A DNA stretch of 64,000 nt from Trueperaceae bacterium (GCA_034520945.1 JAXHNB010000006.1:648180-712179); one strand, 5' to 3'; positions 9,536 to 17,997 are shown, numbered from the stretch's first letter. Numbers and translations are program-made. The notes: generated by a model not told the origin, from the letters alone.

Positions 9536-9790
9536 GTGGCACATCGGACGCAGTTCACGCTCACCGACGACCAGTACCGGCGTCTTCGAGAGGAGGCGAC
9601 GAGGACGGGCCTCAGCATGGCCGAGTTGGTGAGGCTCGCCGTCGAGCGCACCTACGGCGCTCGCAGCGTAGAGCAACGCTCGCGTGCGCTGGAACGTTCG
9701 TTCCATGGGTGGGCCGAGCATTCGGAAGGCGGGCGGGCATACGTGGATGGCTTGCGTAGAGGGATGGCGCATCGCCTGGATCGCGAGTAG
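9536..9790 (+). CDS. vapB: ribbon-helix-helix antitoxin (VapB-like)
   Basis: 84 aa; FTLTDDQYRRLREEATRTGLSMAELVRLAVERTY is RHH-like. It sits directly upstream of a PIN gene. Confidence 0.7.
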   Translation: MAHRTQFTLTDDQYRRLREEATRTGLSMAELVRLAVERTYGARSVEQRSRALERSFHGWAEHSEGGRAYVDGLRRGMAHRLDRE

Positions 9791-9800
9791 CGCACCGCAG

Positions 9801-10181
9801 GTGGCGGTTCTCGTCGATACCTCCGTGATGGTCGATCATCTTCGTGGCGTCGACGAGGCGCGACGCGCGCTTCAGAGCGCATCTCACGAAGGAGAGCGGT
9901 TGGTGGCCACGGTAATGTGCAAGGTCGAGGTCCTGGCTGGCATGCGTCTCCATGAGGAGACCGCGACGCGTGCACTGTTGAGCGTATTCGATTGGCTTCC
10001 CGTGAGCGAAGCCGTGGCGGAACACGCGGGGATGCTCGCGAACCGGTACCTGCGCTCGCACCCGGGCGTCGATCCCGTCGACTACGTGGTGGCAGCGACG
10101 GCCGAACGAGCCGGGGCCGAGCTTTGGACGCTGAACGTCAAGCACTTTCCGATGTTCCCGGGGTTGCGGCCTCCCTACTGA
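9801..10181 (+). CDS. vapC: PIN-domain toxin VapC
   Basis: [16 protein letters not shown]... with D/E/D PIN residues ([18 protein letters not shown]). The GTG start at 9801 is provisional. Confidence 0.75.
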   Translation: MAVLVDTSVMVDHLRGVDEARRALQSASHEGERLVATVMCKVEVLAGMRLHEETATRALLSVFDWLPVSEAVAEHAGMLANRYLRSHPGVDPVDYVVAATAERAGAELWTLNVKHFPMFPGLRPPY

Positions 10182-10204
10182 CGGGCGATCCGGGATCGCT
10201 TGCG

Positions 10205-10410
10205 CGGCCGTTCGAGACGGTCGCGTGCAAGATTGACCTGCGGTTCACGGCGGTCATCACCATGGAGGCCCAAGGGGACGGCACGCGCTACGTCGCTATC
10301 GCCAAGCACCGGGACGAGGCTGGCCGCAGCCAGCACGAGGAGATCGGCTTCGAGCAGGGATGGGGCACCGCGCTGGACCAACGGGTGGACTTTGATGAAG
10401 GCGTCGTAGG
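10205..10410 (+). pseudogene. C-terminal remnant of an SRPBCC/AHSA1-type protein
   Basis: ...[51 protein letters not shown] is the typical C-terminal third of the family. No N-terminal part is present. Confidence 0.4.
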
Positions 10411-10494
10411 GGGGAGGTGCGCCCCACGCCTGGGCCGGGCGCCAGGTCGCGGGGCGCGTAGGACCGGGGCGCTCAGCCTCGCCGACGCGCTCCT

Positions 10495-10508
10495 TTGACC
10501 TGCGTCAT
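10495..10508. promoter_or_regulatory. CRP/FNR-geometry box A (TTGAC-CTGC-GTCAT)
   Basis: A 5-4-5 dyad with 35 nt to the ATG at 10544. Same motif and spacing as the boxes at 20681 and 20817. Confidence 0.55.
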
Positions 10509-10543
10509 GGGTCGGCGCGGCGTGAGCCGGCAGACTGGGTGTC

Positions 10544-10762
10544 ATGACAGCGAACGCGTCCATCCCTTTCGAGTCCATCACCTCCGAAACCACGCTCAAC
10601 GACGTCATCGCCGCCCAGCCTGAAGCGACCACCGTATTCGCCGCGCGCGACCTCGACACCTGCTGCGGTGGGGGCGCGACCCTCGCCGAGGCCTGCGCCG
10701 ACGCCGGCGTGTCGCTCGACGACTTGATGGCCGACCTCGGGCGCCTGTGGGACCGAACGTGA
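10544..10762 (+). CDS. ScdA_N (DUF542)-like small protein
   Basis: 72 aa; TLNDVIAAQPEATTVFAARDLDTCCGGGATLAEACADAGVSLDDLMADL matches the N-terminal domain of ScdA/YtfE/DnrN. Confidence 0.65.
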   Translation: MTANASIPFESITSETTLNDVIAAQPEATTVFAARDLDTCCGGGATLAEACADAGVSLDDLMADLGRLWDRT

Positions 10763-11100
10763 GCGTGCCGCCCGAAGGCGAGGCCGACACCGCGCTCGCC
10801 CACCACGACCTGCCCGCGCTCGCCCGGTACGGGGCGACGCGCGACGCCCAGATCCTCGTGGACGCGCCGGAGGTACGCATGGTGCTGTTCAGCCTCCAGG
10901 ACGGGCAACGCGTCCGCGGGCGGGGCGAACCGCGGGTGCACATGATCTGCATCGAGGGCGAGGGCGAGCTTTGGGCGGGCGAACGCAGCGTGCCTGCGCG
11001 CGCGGGAAGCATGATCGGCTGCGGGGCCGGCGAGGCGCACGGCGCGCAGGCGGGCGACGGACGCTTCCTGGTGCTGGGCGTAATCACGCCGCGGCCCTGA
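10747..11100 (+). CDS. small cupin-domain protein
   Basis: 117 aa; VHMICIEGEGELWAGERSVPARAGSMIGCGAGEAHGAQA. Overlaps the upstream gene by 16 nt. Confidence 0.65.
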   Translation: MGPNVSVPPEGEADTALAHHDLPALARYGATRDAQILVDAPEVRMVLFSLQDGQRVRGRGEPRVHMICIEGEGELWAGERSVPARAGSMIGCGAGEAHGAQAGDGRFLVLGVITPRP

Positions 11101-11110
11101 ACGCGCGATC

Positions 11111-11524
11111 ATGATCGCAGCCACCCGTATTGCGCTCAGCGCGGGCGTCCTCTACTTCCTGATCTCCAACACGCTGGGCCTCCTGCTCGGCACCGGCACC
11201 GTGTCCCCCTCGTGGCGGCCGGCGCACGCCCACCTGAACCTGCTGGGGTTCGTGGCGATGATGATCTACGGCGTGGCGTACCACGCGCTGCCACGATTTC
11301 GGGGCGTGCCGATGCGCCGCCCGCACCTGGCGCTGGGCCAGGTGGTGCTGGCCAACGTCGGCCTGATCGGCATGGCCCTCACCTGGGGGCTGCGATGGGA
11401 CGCCGCAGCCTTTGCGCTGTGGGGCGGCCTGTCCTGGTTGGCCAGCGTGCTGTTCGTGGCCCTCATGATGGAGGTGCTGTGGCGTCCACGGCCGGCCATC
11501 CCGTCGGGCGGGCGCCTACGCTGA
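11111..11524 (+). CDS. 4-TM membrane protein with an H-x-H...G...H..P motif (heme-copper-oxidase/NnrS-like fragment)
   Basis: 137 aa; PAHAHLNLLGFVAMMIYGVAYHALPRF. The same spacing pattern recurs in the 448-aa protein at 21112. Confidence 0.55.
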   Translation: MIAATRIALSAGVLYFLISNTLGLLLGTGTVSPSWRPAHAHLNLLGFVAMMIYGVAYHALPRFRGVPMRRPHLALGQVVLANVGLIGMALTWGLRWDAAAFALWGGLSWLASVLFVALMMEVLWRPRPAIPSGGRLR

Positions 11525-11651
11525 GTCGCTGGCCGTAGGTTTCGCGCCTCTTTCTCGGGCGCTGGGCCGGCCCAATGGGCCGGCCCAGCGCGTCGCGTCG
11601 TATCGCGGGTGGCGCAGTGTCCACGGGCCTACTCCGTTCGTGGGTCACGGG

Positions 11652-12398
11652 TCAGTCGTGGGCGTCCTCCAGCGAGGCCCCGTGCCATGCGTGCGGCCAG
11701 ATCGCGCCGGTGGTGGCGTGGACGCTGAGCATGCCGTCGACGCGCCCCTCGCGGCCGTAGTCGAAGGTGACGTAGCCTGGGAACGCCTGTCCGGCGAGGA
11801 TCTCGGCGCCCGGCAGGAACCCCTTGAGGAAATCCTTCGCCAGGTCGCGCGCCGCCGCTTCGTCGTAGCGTTCCGCGGGCGCTGCGGCGTAGCCCATCCC
11901 GCCGGCGCGGTTCCACATCATGTTGGGGCCCGGTTCGGGCGTCACCTGGCCGGTGTAGCGGTCGACGAGCAATTCCGCCAGCCCTCGGTCCTCGCCGTCC
12001 ACGACCTGCGCGTAGGTGTGGTTCGCGAAGGGCATGACGTCGGCGATGCGCGCGTCGGGGCCGAACGAGGCCGCGGCCTCCTCCAGGCGTTCGCGCAGCA
12101 GCGTGTCGTCGAGCGGCGTCGCGCCGGCGGGCAACGTCTGCATCATGCCCATGCCGCCGCCCATCATGCCGCCGCCCATCATGCCGCGCGTGCCAGGGGC
12201 CATGCGTCCGGGGACCCGCTGGCCGTACCCCATACCGCCGTACCCCATGGCACCGTTGCCGGGACCCATGTGGTGGGCACGTTGGTAGCCGTCGTTCGTC
12301 CATGGTTGCGTGTTCGGGCCGTCCATCATGCCCTGGGCGACCACCAGTCCGAGGGCGAGGAGGCCGAGGGTGATCAGTAGCGTTCGTGTGCGGTTCAT
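11652..12398 (-). CDS. secreted Met/Gly-rich protein with PepSY-like repeats
   Basis: Signal peptide MNRTRTLLITLGLLALGLVVAQG, then MGYGGMGYG...GMMGGGMMGGGMGMM. ATGA overlap with the upstream SHOCT gene. Confidence 0.6.
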   Translation of the reverse strand: MNRTRTLLITLGLLALGLVVAQGMMDGPNTQPWTNDGYQRAHHMGPGNGAMGYGGMGYGQRVPGRMAPGTRGMMGGGMMGGGMGMMQTLPAGATPLDDTLLRERLEEAAASFGPDARIADVMPFANHTYAQVVDGEDRGLAELLVDRYTGQVTPEPGPNMMWNRAGGMGYAAAPAERYDEAAARDLAKDFLKGFLPGAEILAGQAFPGYVTFDYGREGRVDGMLSVHATTGAIWPHAWHGASLEDAHD

Positions 12399-12655
12399 GT
12401 CGTGTCCTTTCGCGTCAGTTCGCTCTTGCGACGTTCGAACTCGTCGCTGTCGATCTCGCCGCGGGCGTAGCGCTCGCGGAGGATATCGAGGGCGCGGTCG
12501 TCCCTCTCGCTGCTTTCGTTGCGGCCTCCGGTCTGCGACCGGCCTTGATCCAGCGCCCGTACCAGCCAGACGATGGCCAGGATCAGGACGATCCAGAACA
12601 GGATCATGCCGATGCCGCCGAAGCCGCCCATGCCCCAGCCGCCGTAGCCCATCAT
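12395..12655 (-). CDS. SHOCT-domain membrane protein
   Basis: One TM segment (ILFWIVLILAIVWLV) and the C-terminal LRERYARGEIDSDEFERRK SHOCT signature. Confidence 0.8.
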   Translation of the reverse strand: MMGYGGWGMGGFGGIGMILFWIVLILAIVWLVRALDQGRSQTGGRNESSERDDRALDILRERYARGEIDSDEFERRKSELTRKDTT

Positions 12656-13195
12656 CGGACTCCTCCCTCCAACTCAGCGGTCTGCCAGGCGCCGGGCTCG
12701 ACGCCGCGAACGTCGCGGTCGATGCGCGCGCTTGGGATGGTGTTCGCACAGGTCTGCATGTGGACCTCCGTTCCGTACCCCATCGGGGTATCTGCGTCGA
12801 GGATGCCCTGCCCGTGTAAAGCTGACGTCAAGGGCCGGACAAGCTCGGATGAAGTCGTCTACGCGTGCACCTGCCGGTTTCGTGCATGTTGGCGCCATGC
12901 GCCTGCCCCAGGCCCTGCTTCCGCGCGCCGCCGCTGCCGTTCACGGCGCCCGAGTCGCTGCACGACTGACGCAGGTTCCTGGCGGCGCCGGAGGACGCAG
13001 TGAGCGCCGTGCACACCACTTTGGGCAGCACGGGCGCGCCGATGGTGGTGCGGTTCACCTGGCGCGATTTGCAGCGTCTGACCAACCTGTGGGCGCTTGG
13101 GTTGCGGCTGGTGGGCACGGATTCCATGCGCGCACCGATCGCGCTCCCCTGCAGGCGCGGCCTGCCGGCCTGCCGCGAGGTGGGCGTCCGCCTCG

Positions 13196-13462
13196 CTACT
13201 CGTTCGGGGGGGTCAGGTCCCGTACCTGGCGCGCATACTCCTCGTCGTCGATCTCGCCGCGCGCGTAGCGTCGACGCAGGCGCTCGTGCGCCCGCGCGTT
13301 CGCGTCTTCCTCCCGTGCCCGTTCCTTCTTGAGGCCGATGGCACGCATCAGCCGGTCGATTCCCATGACGGAGAGGATGACGAGCAGGGCGACGCCGAGC
13401 GGGGCGAATCCGCCCATGCCCCAGCCGTGGTAGGGAAGCATGGCAGCCCCGAGGATCATCAC
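13196..13462 (-). CDS. SHOCT-domain membrane protein (paralogue)
   Basis: Same build as the gene at 12395: N-terminal GWGMGGF, one TM, C-terminal LRRRYARGEIDDEEYARQ. Confidence 0.8.
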   Translation of the reverse strand: MMILGAAMLPYHGWGMGGFAPLGVALLVILSVMGIDRLMRAIGLKKERAREEDANARAHERLRRRYARGEIDDEEYARQVRDLTPPNE

Positions 13463-13472
13463 GCCCGCCCCC

Positions 13473-13868
13473 TCACGTGGCGCCCCCCATCAGCAGGTTC
13501 CGCCGGGTGTCGCGGGTGGACGGGTCGAACTGCAGGCCCATGGAGAGAGTGTACGCGCCCTGGCCCGGCCATCGGTCGGCCGGATCGGCGTGCAAGGGCT
13601 CGAGATCCACCGAGGCCACGCCGATGCGCGGCGTCATGGGTAGGGACTCGAGGTTCGGCAAGCGTTCGCAGTGTGCAAGCAGATCGTCGAGGGGCATGGC
13701 CCGTTCGATGCCGTTTCGCTTGTGAAGCAATGCGACCTCCCACACGCGAAGGGCCGACACCGCGATGCCGCTCTCAATGTGCGCCTGAATGGCCCGTCGG
13801 GCGGTTGCGCTCGGTTCGCGCGGTTCGCTCAGCCACCACAGCCAGGCGTGCGTGTCGAGGGCGATCAC
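13473..13868 (-). CDS. PIN-domain protein (VapC-like) with no adjacent antitoxin
   Basis: VIALDTHAWLWWLSEP...ISALRVWEVALL...HADPADR. GTG at 13868, 35 nt after the upstream gene stop. Confidence 0.6.
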   Translation of the reverse strand: MIALDTHAWLWWLSEPREPSATARRAIQAHIESGIAVSALRVWEVALLHKRNGIERAMPLDDLLAHCERLPNLESLPMTPRIGVASVDLEPLHADPADRWPGQGAYTLSMGLQFDPSTRDTRRNLLMGGAT

Positions 13869-13903
13869 GCGCTCGGTCGGCCGCCTGGCCCCTCCTGGAC
13901 GCC

Positions 13904-14983
13904 TCAGGCGCGCGGCGCAAGGCGCTTCGGGTGCTGGAAGGCGAAGTCCTCGCGGAGGATCATGTCGAGCGTCTGTTCGATCGTGGGGCGGTCCCCCCAG
14001 TAGGTGCCGGCGTTGCAGAAGCGCACCACGCCCTCGGGGTCGATGATGACGGTCGTCGGGCGGTTCACGAACTCGCCGTGGACGGCGTACTGCAGCGGTT
14101 CGGTCCCGTACCGGGCACCGACGGCGCCGGCCCGGTCCATGAGGTGAGGCCACCAGATCCGTTCGGTGTAGGCCTCCTTGAACCATTGCCGTGAGCCCCA
14201 TAGCGTGGGTTGGATCTCGCGGCCCACCATGAGGCGAGCGCGCCAGGTGTCGTGCGCCTCGAGCGTCGCGAGCTGTACGCCTCGCTCCACGAACGCGTCG
14301 CGCATCTCCATCAACTCGGCGAATTCGCGGTGGCAGACGGGGCACCAGTCGGCGAACACCCACACCAGGACGACCCAAGCGCCGCGGGCGTTCCGCAGGC
14401 GCCACCTTCGGCCTTCGGTGTCGTCCAGCTCGAAGTCGATGGCGTGATGACCGGGTGCAGGGCGACCGAAGTGGTCTTCGTTCAGGGCCAGGAAGGCGTC
14501 GCGTTGGGCGTCCGAGCTGTGGCCGGCGGCCTCGATCTGCGCCGCTGCCAGCTCGAGCTGATGGCGGACGTCGGCGTGCGGTTCGGACGCGAGGCGTTCT
14601 TGCAGGAGCTCCAGGGACGGCGTCGCACCCATCTCGCCCAACGCGATGGCCCCGTACGCCCGGGCGACCGGTTCGGGGTCTTGGGCAACCATGCGTTCGA
14701 GGTCGTCCCGTGCCGCGTGCGCCCGGGCGATGCCGAGGGCGTACGCGGCGAGGCTGCGGACGTTCAGGTCCTCGTCGGCCAGTCCACTCGCGACGGCGTC
14801 GGGGTCGGCGAGCGCCCCCCGGATGAGGTCGCGGACGGCCAGGGAGCGCACGCGGCCGTCTTGATCCTCGAGATCGGCCACGCCCGGCTCGCCCAGCTCG
14901 CGGTCCACGGTGAAGGTGCGCCGTTCGGCCTCGAGGGGATGGAAGTCGTGCCGGCGGATCCGTTCGAAGGTGGCGGAAACCAT
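13904..14983 (-). CDS. HEAT-repeat / thioredoxin-fold (redoxin, AhpC-TSA-like) fusion protein
   Basis: The N-terminal half has HEAT-like repeats (VRSLAAYALGIA, ARAYGAIALGEMG). The C-terminal half has VLVWVFADWCPVCHREF. Only the last 1080 nt of the 679-aa track ORF are credible. Confidence 0.7.
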   Translation of the reverse strand: MVSATFERIRRHDFHPLEAERRTFTVDRELGEPGVADLEDQDGRVRSLAVRDLIRGALADPDAVASGLADEDLNVRSLAAYALGIARAHAARDDLERMVAQDPEPVARAYGAIALGEMGATPSLELLQERLASEPHADVRHQLELAAAQIEAAGHSSDAQRDAFLALNEDHFGRPAPGHHAIDFELDDTEGRRWRLRNARGAWVVLVWVFADWCPVCHREFAELMEMRDAFVERGVQLATLEAHDTWRARLMVGREIQPTLWGSRQWFKEAYTERIWWPHLMDRAGAVGARYGTEPLQYAVHGEFVNRPTTVIIDPEGVVRFCNAGTYWGDRPTIEQTLDMILREDFAFQHPKRLAPRA

Positions 14984-15163
14984 GCGTGAGTGTAGGCGAC
15001 GCCCCGTTCTCGACCGCGTCGCGTGTTTGTCGGGCCCAGAAGGGGCTGGCGCGAGGGGGTCTGATCGACCGGCACCGCGTCGTTCGTCGTTACGAGCGTT
15101 GCAGTGCGCCCGTGGCGCTACGGGCTGCAGGCGAATCCGATGAATCGTGCAAAGCTGTAGCGC

Positions 15164-15637
15164 ATGAGACCCATCCAGCGCCTGATCGGACGCGTACGTC
15201 ACCCCATGGCCGAGCGGCACGCGCGCGGCAAGGGCATCGAGGTGCTTGCCGCCGAACTCGAGGCGTCCGGCCGCGCGCTGGACGCCCGCATCGCCGGAAA
15301 GCTGGACACGTCCGGGAACCGCGAGGCGCTGGCTCACTGGATCGGGATCGAGCGCTGGGGGCAGCGCCGCCTCCACGTGACGCTGGGTGAGCCCTTCCTC
15401 CAGGACGAACATCATTCCTACCGGCCCGACATGGGGGAAGGGTTGACGGCGCTGCAGCGCGCCTTGGCCGAGACGCGCGCCGAGACGGTGGCGTTGGCAC
15501 GCAGGCTGCAGAAGGAAGGTGTCGATCCCACCACGACCGTGCCGCACAACGATCTGGGCCGGCTGAGCGTGGCCGGCTGGCTGGCGTACCTGCGGCAACA
15601 TCCGGAGCAGGAGGCGAGGGGGCGGCTGCGGGGGTGA
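15164..15637 (+). CDS. DinB-superfamily protein
   Basis: 157 aa with a four-helix-bundle-like pattern and His-containing motifs (ALAHWIGIERW, DEHHSY). Recognised by eye. Confidence 0.6.
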   Translation: MRPIQRLIGRVRHPMAERHARGKGIEVLAAELEASGRALDARIAGKLDTSGNREALAHWIGIERWGQRRLHVTLGEPFLQDEHHSYRPDMGEGLTALQRALAETRAETVALARRLQKEGVDPTTTVPHNDLGRLSVAGWLAYLRQHPEQEARGRLRG

Positions 15638-15844
15638 CCTCGGCGGGCCCGGACGCTCACGACCGACCTTGGGGCGTGTCCTCTTCCGCCAGCAGGCCGT
15701 CGATCGCCTGGAGCGCCCACAGGGTCCGAGCGAGCGTGGTTGACCTCGGCGGGCCCGGACGCTCACGACCGACCTTGGGGCGTGTCCTCTTCCGCCAGCA
15801 GGCCGTCGATCGCCTGGAGCGCGCGCAGGGTCCGAGCGAGCGTG
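15635..15844. repeat. tandem duplication, two copies of a 106-bp period (104 nt aligned, 2 mismatches)
   Basis: tgacctcggcgggcccggacgctcacgacc...cagggtccgagcgagcgtg occurs at 15635 and 15741. The track shows the same peptide MTSAGPDAHDRPWGVSSSASRPSIAWSA twice. Confidence 0.9.
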
Positions 15845-16248
15845 CCGCTGCCCAAGTGGTCGCCTAGCTCGCGATCCAGTACGGCCAGGAACGCGCGAAC
15901 GTCCGCCATCATCCGTTCGCCCCGGTCGGTGAACACGATGCACTTCTGCCTGCCGGTGCCCTCACGTTGTTCCACGTATCCGGCGCGGGACAACTGCGCG
16001 ACGGTCTTGCCCACCATCTGCCGGGACACACCGAGCGTGCGGGCGACGTCGGAGGCGACGTTCACGCCGCAGTCGAGCGTCCCCAAGAACTCGAGAACCG
16101 CTGGGGAGAGGTCCTCGTATCCTTTCTCCTGCAGGTGCTGGGCCGCGCGTGACACGATCCGTTCGTGGACGTCGGCGGTCGCGAACACGAGCGCGAGCGA
16201 GCGGCTCTCGACCATCGCCACCCCGCGCTGTGTAAACCAAGTTGACAT
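15763..16248 (-). CDS. MarR-family transcriptional regulator
   Basis: 161 aa; wHTH ASDVARTLGVSRQMVGKTVAQLSRAGYVEQREGTGRQK. Confidence 0.85.
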   Translation of the reverse strand: MSTWFTQRGVAMVESRSLALVFATADVHERIVSRAAQHLQEKGYEDLSPAVLEFLGTLDCGVNVASDVARTLGVSRQMVGKTVAQLSRAGYVEQREGTGRQKCIVFTDRGERMMADVRAFLAVLDRELGDHLGSGTLARTLRALQAIDGLLAEEDTPQGRS

Positions 16249-16288
16249 AGGGCGCTCCGTCCGCTAGCCTGTGTCTACCAAGTTTACA
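16231..16288. promoter_or_regulatory. two imperfect palindromic boxes (candidate MarR operators)
   Basis: TGTAAAC-caa-GTTGACA (16231-16247) and TGTCTAC-caa-GTTTACA (16272-16288) sit 41 bp apart in the marR / 16332 divergent region. Confidence 0.4.
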
Positions 16289-16331
16289 TGCGGCCGCGGT
16301 TCCGACCCGGCGGCGTGGAAGGGGCCCGAAC

Positions 16332-17246
16332 ATGCACACCGCACGCCCATTACGCCACGCGCTGCTTGCCAACGCCACGTTCTCGCTGGTGATGGCGTCG
16401 CTGCTCGTCATTGCCCCCTCGCGTGTCGGGGACGCTCTGGCGCTCGACGCGCCCGGCCTCTTGCGGTTTTTGGGCTACGGGCTCGTCGTCTTCGGCGCGG
16501 ACCTCGTGCACCAGGCCACCCGCGAGCGTGTCGCGACGTGGCGGGCGCTGTATGCCAGCGCCCTGGACGTCCTGTGGGTGGTCGGAACGGCGGGATTGCT
16601 GCTCGCCCGTCCCGAGTTGCTGTCCCTCAGGGGCGCCGTCGTGGCGCTGGCGGTCGCGGGGATGGTCGCCGTGTTCGCGGCTTGGCAGCTCTGGGCGATC
16701 GACCGAGCACACGCCGGTTCGAGCTCGGGTTTGCGCCGCCACTGCGTGGCCGTGCACGCAGACGTCTCGGCCGATGCCATGTGGCGCGTCTTGGGCGACT
16801 TCGGCCGCATTCAGCGCTTCACGGCGAGTCTGGCCAGCTCCGAGATCCTGGGCGACGAGGATGCGGACGTCGGCGCTGGTGCGCCGATGCGTGGACGTGC
16901 GCGGCAATGCCTGGGAGGAGGCCTGCGTGGCCTACGAGCCCGGCAGCAGCCTCACGATGCGCTTCTTGGCAGAGGCGCCGGACGTTCCCTTCCCTGCGCG
17001 GTCCATGACGCGCGGTTGGAATCTCGTTCCGGACGGCTCACGAACGCGCGTCGAGGTGTGGTGGGAACGGCGCCCCGCCCGCGCTACGCCGCGCCCGTGC
17101 TCATGCCCCTCTTCGCCTGGCGGGCCGACCGGGCGATCCCGGAGGTGGTGCGACGCATGACGCAGGCCGCCAGGGGTGCCCGAGGGGTCGAGGCCTCGCG
17201 GCGCGGGGTTCGCCGCTTGGCGCGGCCCCTTCCGCGTGCGTGCTGA
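16332..17246 (+). pseudogene. membrane-anchored SRPBCC (polyketide-cyclase-like) protein, split over two frames
   Basis: N-terminal TM region and the start of SRPBCC are in frame 16332. The core (VRRCVDVRGNAWEEACVAYEPGSSLTMRF...RVEVWWERRP) is in frame 16411. The tail returns to frame 16332. Confidence 0.6.
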
Positions 17247-17268
17247 CCGAGGACACGTGCTCCCTGCG

Positions 17269-17997
17269 CTACGCGGCGCAACCGTCGTCGTCGCAGGCCG
17301 CCCCGTGCTCGCCGAGCGTCTCCAGCGGCGCGCGTTCCTGCCAGGTGCGGCGCAGCGCCTGCAGGATGGTGTCGGCCGGTTGCGCGCCGGGAAGGCCGTA
17401 GCGGCTGTCCAGCGCGAAGAACGGCACGCCCGTGATGCCCAGTCGGCGGGCGCGGGTTTCGTCGGCGCGCACGTCGTCGGCGTGCGCGCCGGAGCTCAGG
17501 GCCTCGCGCACCTCGTCTGCAGGGACGCCGACGTCGTCCAGCAGCTCCACCAGCGTGTCCGTGTCGGAGATGGCGCGGGCCTCGGTGAAGTATGCCCGCA
17601 GCAGGCGTTCCTTGGCGTCGTCCTGCAGGCCGTGCTCCTGGGCGAGGTGCAGCAGGCGGTGCGCGTCGAAGGTGTTGCCGCGCTGGGCCTGGTCCAGCCG
17701 GTAGTCCAGCCCCTCGGCGGCCGCCAGTTCGGTCACCTGCTGGTTCATGGCGGCGGCGCGCTCGAGGCTGACGCCGTACTTCTCCGCCAGGTGCTGCTCG
17801 AGGCCCACGCGGGCGTGGGTCGGCGCGTCCGGGTCGAGCTCGAACGAGCGCCAGACCACGTCGACGGCGTCCGCATGCTCGAAGTCCCGGAGGGCCGCTT
17901 CGAAGCGCCGCTTGCCGATGTAGCACCAGGGGCAGACGACGTCGGACCAGATCTCGACGGTGAGGTGCTCGGTAAGGGTGGGGGCGCCGTCGTTCAT
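17269..17997 (-). CDS. frnE: DsbA-family dithiol-disulfide isomerase, FrnE type
   Basis: IWSDVVCPWCYIGKRRFE active site and the C-terminal ACDDDGCAA (CxxxxC) tail described for Deinococcus FrnE. Confidence 0.8.
   Translation of the reverse strand: MNDGAPTLTEHLTVEIWSDVVCPWCYIGKRRFEAALRDFEHADAVDVVWRSFELDPDAPTHARVGLEQHLAEKYGVSLERAAAMNQQVTELAAAEGLDYRLDQAQRGNTFDAHRLLHLAQEHGLQDDAKERLLRAYFTEARAISDTDTLVELLDDVGVPADEVREALSSGAHADDVRADETRARRLGITGVPFFALDSRYGLPGAQPADTILQALRRTWQERAPLETLGEHGAACDDDGCAA

Noticed and set aside
15635-15844. Possible CRISPR or minisatellite.
   Set aside because: There are only two adjacent copies of a 106-bp unit with no spacers. The content is the 3' end of marR. I saw no short regularly spaced repeats anywhere in the window.
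13904-15943. 679-aa minus-strand ORF taken at face value.
   Set aside because: Only the 3' 1080 nt encode a recognisable HEAT/redoxin protein. The 5' part runs antisense through the DinB gene and the tandem repeat.
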